Positions 8,667-18,500 of a stretch of DNA of 24,764 nucleotides are shown piece after piece. How positions within the stretch are numbered: the first letter of the stretch is position 1; each line of letters opens with the position of its first letter. The notes beneath the pieces were generated by a model. It worked only from the letters and a program-made list of their open reading frames with translations, searched no databases and had not been told where the DNA came from. The stretch comes from a virus. Lineage: Duplodnaviria; Caudoviricetes. Made by a program: the position numbers and the translations under genes. Location of the stretch: the IMG/VR virus record IMGVR_UViG_3300023174_000605, positions 1-24,764 of that record; one strand, written 5' to 3'.

Positions 8667-9580
8667 TATTGAACCTCACCGAATGGATTTGACTCAGAAA
8701 ATAATATATCTGATGCTTCTTCTTTAAATGTATTGTTATCACCAAATGAATCTGGTTTATCAATATCTGCTTCAATAACTGCAGTCGCTGCAGCACCAGA
8801 ACCACTACCACCTGTAAACGATAAAGCTGGAGCGATTTGATATCCAGTTCCACCATTAGTTACATCTACACGAATAACTTTACCTGCAGTAGTTCCACTT
8901 CCAAGAACTGCAGTGGCTGTTGCTCCTGTTCCAGTCCCAGAAGTAATCACAACAGTTGGTGCTGATGTATAACCAGAACCTTGAGAAGTTACATTAATAG
9001 ATTTAACGTAACCAAAAGCACTTCTTGTAGTATTGGTGCTGAATGTTTTTAATGATTCGAATGCATCAACAGCTGCAAGACCAGTATCAATTCTCTCAGA
9101 ACTATATTGGAACAATTCAACTTGTAACTTATATACATATAACTTACCAAGTTGATAGAATGGATCTTGGTGTTGAACGAACTTAACTTCGAACAATCCT
9201 TTTGATAGTGGGAAATAAATTAGATCGCCCTCGCATGGACGACTTGGTAGAATGGTTGCTCCGTAGCGACCAATAAATTGTTCCCAACGACGTCTTGCAA
9301 CAACAAGAGTTGCAGACTGTTCCATCATTAAACCAAACTTCTGAATGAACGCACCTTGCCCAGCAAAGTTATCTACGTTCTCAAAATACATTTCTACAGG
9401 AAATGCACTCTTAAATTCTGATAGGCGATCTTCGCCCAACACATCATCTTTTGAAACTAAAGTTCTTGGAATATAAAAGACCTCTTGCCCATAAATGCGC
9501 AGAGACTCGATGATCAGATCTTCTACTAGATGCTGCTCATTTCTTGTTCCATGAGAAAAATAAACATTAGTTGTAGTCAT
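8666..9580 (-). CDS. gp14: Neck protein (T4 gp14 family) with a C-terminal repeat insertion
   Basis: 304 aa with EQ.LVEDLIIESLRIYG..VFYIPR, KFGL, RPCEGDLIYFP, FEVKFV...PFYQLGK.YVY.L..ELFQYS.E and C-terminal FSESNPFG. Confidence 0.95.
   Translation of the reverse strand: MTTTNVYFSHGTRNEQHLVEDLIIESLRIYGQEVFYIPRTLVSKDDVLGEDRLSEFKSAFPVEMYFENVDNFAGQGAFIQKFGLMMEQSATLVVARRRWEQFIGRYGATILPSRPCEGDLIYFPLSKGLFEVKFVQHQDPFYQLGKLYVYKLQVELFQYSSERIDTGLAAVDAFESLKTFSTNTTRSAFGYVKSINVTSQGSGYTSAPTVVITSGTGTGATATAVLGSGTTAGKVIRVDVTNGGTGYQIAPALSFTGGSGSGAAATAVIEADIDKPDSFGDNNTFKEEASDILFSESNPFGEVQ
8771..9013 (-). repeat. Two G[ST]GY..AP repeats inserted in gp14
   Basis: VTSQGSGYTSAPTVVITSG and VTNGGTGYQIAPALSFTGG; same repeat class as in gp18; boundaries approximate. 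Confidence 0.8.
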
Positions 9581-9581
9581 G

Positions 9582-10322
9582 TTATCCTAGGAAAAAATCA
9601 AGTGGAGCAGATTTATTTTGCAATTCGTCTTCCAACTCTTTAATTTCTCCTACTGCTTCGTCATACAATTTATCGCCATCCAAGGTGACGCCACCTGGAA
9701 GCTGAATTCCTGAAAACTTTTTAATGTTTGTAGCCCATTGTTTTTTAAATAGAGCAGTAACATATTTTTTTAACCATGATTCATTCCATGCTCTTGAAAA
9801 CTCATTTGGGTCTAAAGCACGATATGCTTCGCAAACAATAATGTTTCCTTCTTTTACATCAGTTCCCCATTTCAAATCTATATTTAATCTGTTTTGTAAA
9901 CGATTAAATCTAAACATCTGTGGACCATTTAGTTCCATGTCCAACAACGCAATGTGCGCCATTACAGTTTTGTAATAGATGATTGAAGTTGAAGTTAAAT
10001 CATATAAGTCGTGTAAACGAAGTTGATATTGAATATCAAAAAGACTTTTGGATGATGATGTTTGCGAAATTGGAATTACACGTGTGATTCCATATACTGC
10101 ATCTGCAATAGGAATATATTGATTTGTAATATCAGTTGAAGTGACAGTGTGCTTTAAATAAACTCGCTCAATACCATCGTAGTGATATAATTTCCAGTAT
10201 TCCAACGCTTCATCGATGCGATCTTCTAACTGATCCTCATCTACGTTAATTTCCAATACTGGAGCACCCAATGCTCTTAAGCAGTATTCTTTTAACCCCT
10301 GTCTAGAAGTTACTACTGCCAT
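9582..10322 (-). CDS. gp13: Neck protein (T4 gp13 family)
   Basis: 246 aa with LKEYCLRALGAPVLEINVDEDQLEDRIDEAL, WLKKY.TAL.KKQW..N..KF.G.QLPGGVTL.G and C-terminal P.DFFLG. Confidence 0.96.
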   Translation of the reverse strand: MAVVTSRQGLKEYCLRALGAPVLEINVDEDQLEDRIDEALEYWKLYHYDGIERVYLKHTVTSTDITNQYIPIADAVYGITRVIPISQTSSSKSLFDIQYQLRLHDLYDLTSTSIIYYKTVMAHIALLDMELNGPQMFRFNRLQNRLNIDLKWGTDVKEGNIIVCEAYRALDPNEFSRAWNESWLKKYVTALFKKQWATNIKKFSGIQLPGGVTLDGDKLYDEAVGEIKELEDELQNKSAPLDFFLG

Positions 10323-10323
10323 T

Positions 10324-12660
10324 TTACTCTCCTAGTTTTGCTTTTAATGCATTAACCTCAGCAGTAAGTTCTTGAACAGCTTTAATTAAAACAGAAACCA
10401 TATTGTTATAATTTAACGATTTATAACCATCATCGCCATTTGCAACGAATTCAGGCATTAATGGTTCAACCTGCTGGGCGATCAAACCTATCTCATGACG
10501 ACCATCTTTATCATATTGGACAGAATTCATTGCTAGGATTTCTTTTAATCCATATGAAGATTCTTTAATGTTAGTCTTCATTCTTTCGTCAGAAGAAATC
10601 TGGAAAGCTCCAGCATATAATGTTCCGTGATATGAGTTACCATTACCATCACGTTGAACTAAAGTGTTTGCAGTATTTGCAGATGTTCCACTAACAGTAT
10701 TGCTAGAAGCAGAAGTTACACGACCTTTAGCATCAACAGTAATAGTTGAGAATGTATAAGTACCAGCAGTAACACCAGAGTTGGCTAATGTTAATGCTTG
10801 GCTATAGTTTGCAGAACCATCAAAACTACCAGAAGCTGTAGCGTCGCCAGTGAAAGCAATGGTGCGAGCAGTTTGTAACTTTGTAGCAGTGCTTGAGTTA
10901 CCAGTAAGTTCACCAGTGATACCACCAGTGGCAGTAATCATTCCAGTTACACCAAGAGTTCCAGCAATAGTAGAGTTACCAGTACCGATAATACCACCAA
11001 GACGTAAGTTGTCATAGGTGGCACCAGTAAAGTCATAAGTTGTTCCTGGGTTTGCTGTAGTGTTAGAGAACAATCTCCATTCACCAGAAGATGCTTGTTT
11101 AATAAGACCAGTTCTCTTATTACCAGATGATACATAAGCACCAAGGATACCAACGTCTGTAGCATTGGCAGCGTTATCTGAAGCCAAATATAACTGTGGT
11201 GTTGTAACAGTTAAAGACTGACTGTTTGTAGTAGTTGTAGTACCAGTAACAGAAAGGTTACCTGCTACGTTTAAAGTTCCACCAACATAAACTGCTCCAG
11301 CGATACCTACGCCACCAGCTACTTGCAGTGCACCAGTAGTAGTACTTGAAGCTGCAGTAGTATTAGAAACTAATAGTCGAGTAGCATTCCATCCACCACG
11401 TTTAGCTGTAGTAGAAGCATCAGTTGCGGTGTAAAATTCTAATTCATCGTTAGATGCACCAGCTGAAGTTTCAGCAATAATATATGTTAAACCATCAACA
11501 GACTTAACACCACCAAGTGAAGACCATGCGCCAGAAGCATATCCTTCAAACGAAGAAATGCTAGAGTTGTAACGAATCTGACCAACAGCAGGAGTAGCTG
11601 GACGCTGAGCAGTAGTACCAGCTGGAATCTGTAAAGATGTAGTGCTGTTCAGAACTACTTGCGCATTGTTGATAGTCAATGTTCCAGTAGAAGCACCTAC
11701 GTTAATTGTAGTTGCTGCACCAAATGCGTTTACTGTAGTAGCAGTAGTATTCCAAAGGTTTTGCGTAGTATTAGAACCAACAACAGTACCTGGACGTAAA
11801 GTTAAAGTTGCAGCAGTGGCATTACCGATATTTAATTGAGTAGCAGCACCGTATGCGTTTACTGTAGTAGCAGTAGTATTAAATACGTTCTGTGTTGAAT
11901 TTGTTCCAACTAAAGTGCCAGGATTTAATGTTAATGTTGCGCTGGCAGCATTACCAACAGTAATTGAACTTGCTCCTGCAAATAATGTTGCCGCAGCAGG
12001 TGAAGCGAAGAATGACGTTGCGCCAGTAGTAGCATCAATCGCTGTTAATCCAGCAAGAGAAGATTGAGAACTACCCAGATCGATAGTGGTAGATCCAAGA
12101 GTTACGGTAGCAGTTGCCCAACCTGGAGCATAACCAGCACCATTGGACTTCAAAAATGTTCCAGAAGCACCAGCAGTAATGAATGTAGTTAAAGACGAAT
12201 CTTGCTGAATAACCAACTGGCCAGCAGAACCACCAGCAATGTTAGTTGCGAATGTAGAGTTAACCGCAGTACCAGTTTGTAGACCAGTAGAGTTAATCCA
12301 TGATGGACCAGAAGTACCACCTGAAATTAAAACCTGACCAGAAGTTCCAGCAGCAGATAATTGAATACCATTAGCAGTACCATATGCAACAGCTCCAGCA
12401 ACTGGAGTAATGGCAGTATTCGTTCCACCGTATTGTAATGAAACTGGACTACCATTCCAAACAGAACCAGTACTGTGAGTTTTATTCAGAACTGTTTGCG
12501 TTGCGTTTGTAGTCAAAGCAATAGAACCACCACCAGCTGTTACGCCATCGTGAATTCTAAGAGTTTTAACTTCAGTGTCGTATGTTAATTCACCGACTGC
12601 GCCAGTGAACGCATTGTTCTGAGTAGTCGTACCTCTTCTAAATTGTACTTGTGTTGCCAT
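10324..12660 (-). CDS. Tail/neck fibre protein with an Mtd_N-like N-terminal domain and a C-terminal intramolecular chaperone (peptidase S74-like)
   Basis: 778 aa, Thr/Ala/Gly-rich. N-terminus QVQFRRGT....FTGAVGELTYDT...LRIHDG.TAGG; C-terminus SDERMKTNI...GLIAQQVE..MPE.V...L.Y......LIKAVQEL plus a coiled coil, typical of autocleaving chaperones. Confidence 0.88.
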   Translation of the reverse strand: MATQVQFRRGTTTQNNAFTGAVGELTYDTEVKTLRIHDGVTAGGGSIALTTNATQTVLNKTHSTGSVWNGSPVSLQYGGTNTAITPVAGAVAYGTANGIQLSAAGTSGQVLISGGTSGPSWINSTGLQTGTAVNSTFATNIAGGSAGQLVIQQDSSLTTFITAGASGTFLKSNGAGYAPGWATATVTLGSTTIDLGSSQSSLAGLTAIDATTGATSFFASPAAATLFAGASSITVGNAASATLTLNPGTLVGTNSTQNVFNTTATTVNAYGAATQLNIGNATAATLTLRPGTVVGSNTTQNLWNTTATTVNAFGAATTINVGASTGTLTINNAQVVLNSTTSLQIPAGTTAQRPATPAVGQIRYNSSISSFEGYASGAWSSLGGVKSVDGLTYIIAETSAGASNDELEFYTATDASTTAKRGGWNATRLLVSNTTAASSTTTGALQVAGGVGIAGAVYVGGTLNVAGNLSVTGTTTTTNSQSLTVTTPQLYLASDNAANATDVGILGAYVSSGNKRTGLIKQASSGEWRLFSNTTANPGTTYDFTGATYDNLRLGGIIGTGNSTIAGTLGVTGMITATGGITGELTGNSSTATKLQTARTIAFTGDATASGSFDGSANYSQALTLANSGVTAGTYTFSTITVDAKGRVTSASSNTVSGTSANTANTLVQRDGNGNSYHGTLYAGAFQISSDERMKTNIKESSYGLKEILAMNSVQYDKDGRHEIGLIAQQVEPLMPEFVANGDDGYKSLNYNNMVSVLIKAVQELTAEVNALKAKLGE
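11724..11880. repeat. 28-bp exact direct repeat, 129-bp (43-aa) period, in the 778-aa fibre gene
   Basis: atgcgtttactgtagtagcagtagtatt at 11724-11751 and 11853-11880, encoding NTTATTVNA twice. Confidence 0.9.
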
Positions 12661-12684
12661 GGTTTTCCTCTAATTTTTATCTTA

Positions 12685-12691
12685 TATTTAG
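12685..12691 (-). promoter_or_regulatory. Late promoter motif (CTAAATA) overlapping the stop of the 953-aa gene
   Basis: The + strand has tatttag, followed on the minus strand by a GAGG Shine-Dalgarno and the ATG of the 778-aa fibre gene. Confidence 0.55.
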
Positions 12692-15549
12692 GCTTGAGCT
12701 TCAGTCCAGAATAAGTTTACGTTGACTTTAGCATTACCAGTACCTAAGTTTTTAACTACAACGGCTAGAACGTCTGGACCATCTGGATAGTTACTATAGC
12801 CACCAATTGCAGAATTTGATAATTCTTTTAGTTTTGTTAAGTCGATTTCAGCAAATCCTCCTGGAGGACCAAGAGTTGAGAAAATCTGTTCTCCTGGGGT
12901 CGCTTCTGTAGTAGTGCTCGTTGAGATCTGAGCAAAAGAAGGTTGTGAACCTAAAGCTGCTTGGTTTACGTTTTCCCAAGAAAGAGTAGATGCATCGATG
13001 TTACCTGGATTTAACATACCAATTAACTGAACAGATTGGTCTGTTGTAATCTGTAACTTTTCCAACAATAATTGCGAACGATTAATCAAGTCTCTATCAC
13101 CGAAGTCTGCAGCAATAGAGTTTGAAACTGATGGGGCTAGTCTAATAAAGAATACACTTTTTGCTGCACCAGCATTAATAGTATTCGCAATAGAAGCATA
13201 GTTAAAGTAGTAACCACGATCTGAGTCAAAGTTACCATCCATAATATATGAAGAACCCCAGTGGTTAATTAATGGTGAACAAGTTACACTAACTAATCCA
13301 ACACCTTGCTGACCTAAACCATAACTATGTGGCATAGCAGCTCTTCCTTGAAAAGTTCTATTTAAACCACCAACGAATTGCGTTAACGTAGCACCACGAG
13401 TACATCCAGTTAATGTATTTCCAGTTTTACCAGTGTATTGAATTAGTTCGCCTTCACAAGAAACTACTCCTCCAGTGGATGGGTATCTAGAAGCATCTTT
13501 TAGTGGAATTGTTGTCTGATTTGCATCCATATCAGAGGTTAAAGTAGAACCTCCAATTTCATTAATAACTTGGTAACGAATAGTTGAGTTACCTGTACGC
13601 ATGTATGCTTCATCATTAATGTTGTTTTGTTTCATTCTATGAACAGGGATCATATTACCATCAGATCCACGAATCATCCAATCAATAAAACCAGCACCAT
13701 ACCATGAGAATTGAATTCCGATCATCTGCATTTTACCAAGATTAATCTTGTAACCAGATTCTCCAGTTCCATCAATTTTATCAATATTAAATTGAGATTG
13801 AGGAACACGCACATCTCTAATAACTGTATATTTTACCTTACCAGAAGGATTAATACCACGATATGCTGGATTGATTGTTAATGTTGTATCATTGGTAATA
13901 GATGCAACTTTATATGTCATTCCACGAATAATAATATTATTACCAGCACGTAGTTGTTGAGTGAAACGACTACTTGTTCCAGTAACTGCTTGAGAACCTG
14001 GAGTGCAAGAAACGAATCCAGATAATTGGTAAGTACCTGAACGCTTACCGACAGCTAACTCTCTTCCATCAAATTCCCAATAAACTCCGTTTTGATCATC
14101 AAATGGACCGCAACGAACGGTAGATCCATGCCAACCGACAACTGTTACACGTGGTAAATCAGTTAATACTGCAGTTGCAGATTCTAGTGTATTTGACGCA
14201 GAGTATGTGAATGTTTGTTCATTAATAATGGAAGTAATACCATAAGTTCCATTATATCCGTCAGTAATAACTCCAGCAATTGTTACTGTTGCTCCAACCT
14301 GACAACCATGGTTGGTTTCGCATACAACAGTAACTACAGATCCTGGAGCAGTACCATTAGCTGAAATTTGGTCTAAATTATGTACTGGACAGAATGCTAC
14401 ACCAGATGTAAACATAACACCTTTACCTGATTGGTAACGAATGTATTTTTTAGTTTGACGAATAGCAGATGCGCCATTAGATGGACTAAATGGACCTAAA
14501 ATAATACCACCATCAAATGGTCTATGAATAGAAATAGCATCCGAACGAACAAAAACCTTTCCAGTTAATCCTGTGTTGCTTACAGAACCACCAACTCGTG
14601 CAGTGTAAGTAAATGTAGTTGGGTTTAAAATTGTTTCAATAAACCAGTTACCTGAAATTAAACTATGATTGGTTCCATTTGAAGTATTGATTACAGTGAT
14701 TGGAGATCCTGGAATCAAACCATGGTTAGCTGATAATGTTACAGTAATTTTTGATGGGTTTACTTGATCGCTAACAATGCTAGTTACTGGCATTTGTGCG
14801 CCAGCATAAAATCCTCCACGACGACCATATGTTGCACTACCGAATAAAGATTGTCCGTTAGTACCAACAATACCTTTAGCGTAATAAGTGAACGTAGTAG
14901 AATTTGGAACAGTAGCAATAATAAACGCACCTTCTGCTCGAGCGAAGTTCGATACTACCGCAAGACCATGCAAAATAACTGGGTCTGCAACTGAAAGACC
15001 ATGCGGAGCTGAACAAGTAACAGTAATAATAGAAGGAGTAGATCCATCAGTCGTTACATTAGAAATAAATAAGTCCAATCCAGGTTTTTCATAGATACCT
15101 GGAATATTTCTAATAGAAGAATAGTTTTGCCACTTTGTAGTTTGTAGACCATACTCAAAGTCAGCGTCAATCATCGCCTGTGGATTTGCAATACGTATAC
15201 GTTCAATAGCATCGGTGCCAAAGAAGTATGGTTTAATAATAGTACCTTGATAAGCTGGAGCATCACTATAGATTGCCAAAGAATGTGTAGACAACATCTC
15301 TGATGTGTCTTTATTCAAAGTAATAGTAGTAACACCATCATATGCAGTATTAAACGTATCACCATCATCTGCGTTAAATGATACTGTTGCGCTTCTAGTA
15401 GGATCACCTAGAGCATAGATATTTTCTTGAGTAGTTTTATTTGTAATAACCAGTAATTGGTTTAAATCAATTTTACCTGGAACTTTAATTGTACCAGCAT
15501 TTGCAGCACCTGGAGTAAAAATGTATTTTTCTGCTAGTTGACGAGCCAT
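12688..15549 (-). CDS. Large virion structural protein, putative fibre-associated or receptor-binding protein with repeated beta-domains
   Basis: 953 aa with three [IV]TV.....HG[LC]....[VI].........TFTY repeats and a central predicted beta-sandwich region (RQTKKYIRYQSGKG, G.FDDQNG.YWE.DG, I.FSWYGAG). This architecture recalls structural proteins of T4-like aquatic phages. Confidence 0.75.
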   Translation of the reverse strand: MARQLAEKYIFTPGAANAGTIKVPGKIDLNQLLVITNKTTQENIYALGDPTRSATVSFNADDGDTFNTAYDGVTTITLNKDTSEMLSTHSLAIYSDAPAYQGTIIKPYFFGTDAIERIRIANPQAMIDADFEYGLQTTKWQNYSSIRNIPGIYEKPGLDLFISNVTTDGSTPSIITVTCSAPHGLSVADPVILHGLAVVSNFARAEGAFIIATVPNSTTFTYYAKGIVGTNGQSLFGSATYGRRGGFYAGAQMPVTSIVSDQVNPSKITVTLSANHGLIPGSPITVINTSNGTNHSLISGNWFIETILNPTTFTYTARVGGSVSNTGLTGKVFVRSDAISIHRPFDGGIILGPFSPSNGASAIRQTKKYIRYQSGKGVMFTSGVAFCPVHNLDQISANGTAPGSVVTVVCETNHGCQVGATVTIAGVITDGYNGTYGITSIINEQTFTYSASNTLESATAVLTDLPRVTVVGWHGSTVRCGPFDDQNGVYWEFDGRELAVGKRSGTYQLSGFVSCTPGSQAVTGTSSRFTQQLRAGNNIIIRGMTYKVASITNDTTLTINPAYRGINPSGKVKYTVIRDVRVPQSQFNIDKIDGTGESGYKINLGKMQMIGIQFSWYGAGFIDWMIRGSDGNMIPVHRMKQNNINDEAYMRTGNSTIRYQVINEIGGSTLTSDMDANQTTIPLKDASRYPSTGGVVSCEGELIQYTGKTGNTLTGCTRGATLTQFVGGLNRTFQGRAAMPHSYGLGQQGVGLVSVTCSPLINHWGSSYIMDGNFDSDRGYYFNYASIANTINAGAAKSVFFIRLAPSVSNSIAADFGDRDLINRSQLLLEKLQITTDQSVQLIGMLNPGNIDASTLSWENVNQAALGSQPSFAQISTSTTTEATPGEQIFSTLGPPGGFAEIDLTKLKELSNSAIGGYSNYPDGPDVLAVVVKNLGTGNAKVNVNLFWTEAQA

Positions 15550-15559
15550 AGTTTATCCT

Positions 15560-18500
15560 TTAGAATCCAAAAATAATAGAGTAAGCAATATAATCTGACT
15601 TAACAGATTGATCTAAGTTATTCAATGATACAATACCATCCAAGCGTAATTGTCCCATATCATAAACGAAGTAAGCAAGCTGAGTAACAGTTCCTAAATC
15701 TTCTGATATACCAATAACGGGATCGCTGACATCTCCTAAATCGCTCATTGCTTGTGGAGCAAAAACAGCAGAAGCTACTGCAACATCGTTATTAGCGTTA
15801 ACCCATTGTGTACCATTAAACTTAAGAACTTGCTGAGCTTGTGGGGCATTAATTACTACATCATCCAACCCATCAAGTGTGACAGTTGGAGCTGGAACAT
15901 TAATAACACCAGTAGTAGAGTTATAAGTTGCACCACCAGAAACGCTAATAGCAGCTCTTGCTCTTGCGTCTGTAAAGTATTTATTCGTTCCTTCAGAGAG
16001 GTCTGAAGTAGATTTTAATGCTAAACGATTATCAAATGCATTGTTAGCACGTGTAGTTGTAAAGTAAAGATTAGTTGAACCTTCAGTAACGCTATCTGTA
16101 GTTGGGTTACTATAACTGATTACACCAGTAGATGAGTTATATGCTAAATTACCACTTACGCTAATAGCACTTCTTGCTCGAGCAGTAGTAAAATATAGAT
16201 TAGTACCTTCTGCTACATTAGTGGTAGACTTAGTTCCCAACCAAGTGTTTGCAGTAGAAGTGAAATCTGCAGTATTTAATTTAGTTCCAACTAAAGTAGT
16301 TAGTGTAGATGCATAGTTTGGATCGTTACCGATCGCTGTTGCCAACTCTTGGAGTGTATCTAATGTAGCAGGTGTTGAGCCAACTAAGTCTGCTACCTTT
16401 GTATTAACATAAGTTTGTGTAGCAATAGTAGTTGTATCAACAGCAATTGCACCAGTGCCACTGTTATAAGAGATACCTGTTCCACCTGAATGTGCAGCTC
16501 TTGCTCTAGCATCAGTATAGTAAAGATTTGTTCCTTCAGCAATATCTGAAGTTGTTGCTTGAGCACCTACTGTTGCACGACCTTTTGTGTCAACAGTAAT
16601 TTTGGTATATGTTCCAGCCCCAATACCTGTTGCTGCCAATGTAGCATTGGTAATATCTGAACCAGTAGTTCCTGATAAAGTTAAATCACCACCAGTGACA
16701 GCAATAGAACTGGAAGGAATAAAAACTGCAGTTGTAGAAACTCCTGTTACCAAACCTTTAGCGTTGACTGTAATCGTTGGGATTGCTGTAGAAGAACCGA
16801 ATGTTCCTACGTTGGAATTTACTGTAGCTAAAGTAACAGAAGTCGTTCCACCAGTAGTTCCAGAACCTGAAACATCACCACTTAAAGTGATCGCTCCAGA
16901 AATAGAAGCAGTTGAAGCTAATGTTACACGACCCTTTGCGTCTATAGTTAAAACAGGAACTGCTGTTGAAGAACCATAAGTTCCTGCAGTTACACCTGAC
17001 GCTGCTAAAGTTAAAGCGGAAGATCCTGCTGTCGAAGTCGCATCACCACTGAATGCTGGCAATCTTGCTGCAGCCAATGTTCCAGATGAAATATTTGATG
17101 CGTTTGTTGTATCAGTTGTAGCTGAAGCAGCAAGACCAGAAATTTTAGATGTTGAGATTGCAGCTGTTGCGCTAATATCGCCATCAACGATAGTGCCATT
17201 GGCAATCATCGCAGAAGTAACAGTACCAGTATCTCCAGTAGTTACTATAGTTCCATCCACGTTTGGAATGGTCAATGTTCTTGTAGTTGCGCTAGTAATA
17301 CCAGACAACTGGAACTGTAATTTCTTAGTTGCGTCAGTTTCATCAACAAAGAATGTTGTGCTGTCTGATAAAGACTTATTAGTTAAAGTCTGAGTACCAG
17401 TTAAAGTCGCTACGGTAGAATCGATACCAATAGTCACTGCTGCAGAACCATTGTATGAGGTTCCAGTTAAACCAGTGCCGATTGTTAATGCGTTTGATGC
17501 AGTTGCAGTAACTGTTATGTTTCCACCAAGAGAAACTGTTTGTCCGTTTACTGTTACTGTGCTATTGGTTAGTTTTGAATTTGCAATAGAACCAGCAAGC
17601 ATTGCATTGGTTACAGTTGCAGAATCTCCAGTAGTTACAACAGTTCCAGAGGTAGCAGGTAAAGTTATAGTTGTTGAACCTGATGTAGCAGGTACTTGAA
17701 CTGTTACACTTCCAGATGAAGAACCATTAATTACTAAAGTTTTTCCTGATGCTAGTGCTAGATGTTCAGAAGAAGTCCAAGCTCCAGTTGCTGACACCCA
17801 GTTAAATGTTTTGTCAGTAGTACCCTTAAGAGTAATACCACCGCCATCTGCAGTGGCATTTGATGGGCTAGCAATAGAACCTAATTCAATATTTTTGTCA
17901 TCTACTGTTAGTGTTGTTGAGTTAACAGTGGTTGTTGTTCCATTTATAGTTAAGTCACCACTAACAGTTAAGCTGCCAGCTGTTATTGCTCCAGTTGAAG
18001 TAATAGAAGCGAATACTGGAGAAGATGTTGTTGATATATCTTGCGCAGTAGCAATTACACCAGTGCTACTGCTATATGTAATACCTGTTCCTGCAGAAAC
18101 TGAAGCTCTTGCACGAGCAGTTGTAAAGTATTGGTTGGTGCTACCTTCTGTTAAATTATCAGTGGTCTTTGCACCGAAAGCAGAGTCAAATCTATTTTGA
18201 GTATAATATAGATTTGTTCCTTCAGCCAAATTGGTTGTAGATTTAGCAGCAAATGCAGTATCAAATCTTGCTTGTGTATAATATAGATTTGTTCCTTCAG
18301 CAATGTCGGTAGTAGTTGCATTTGATGCTGCAGTTACAAGACCTTTACCATTTACTGTTAGTTTGGTAAATGTTCCTACGTTTGAGTTAACTGTCGCAAG
18401 AGTTAATGTTGTAGTAGTGCCAGTTGTTCCTGAACCAGAAACATCGCCTGTAAATGTTAAAGCACCTGAAATGGCTGCTGTGCCAGCTAAAGTAACACGA

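Noticed and set aside
7305-8856. Same-strand alternative-frame ORFs (7305-7544, 8596-8856) as a hidden gp16
   Set aside because: Both are Leu-rich off-frame translations nested in gp17 or gp14/gp15, with no resemblance to the helical gp16 oligomerisation domain.
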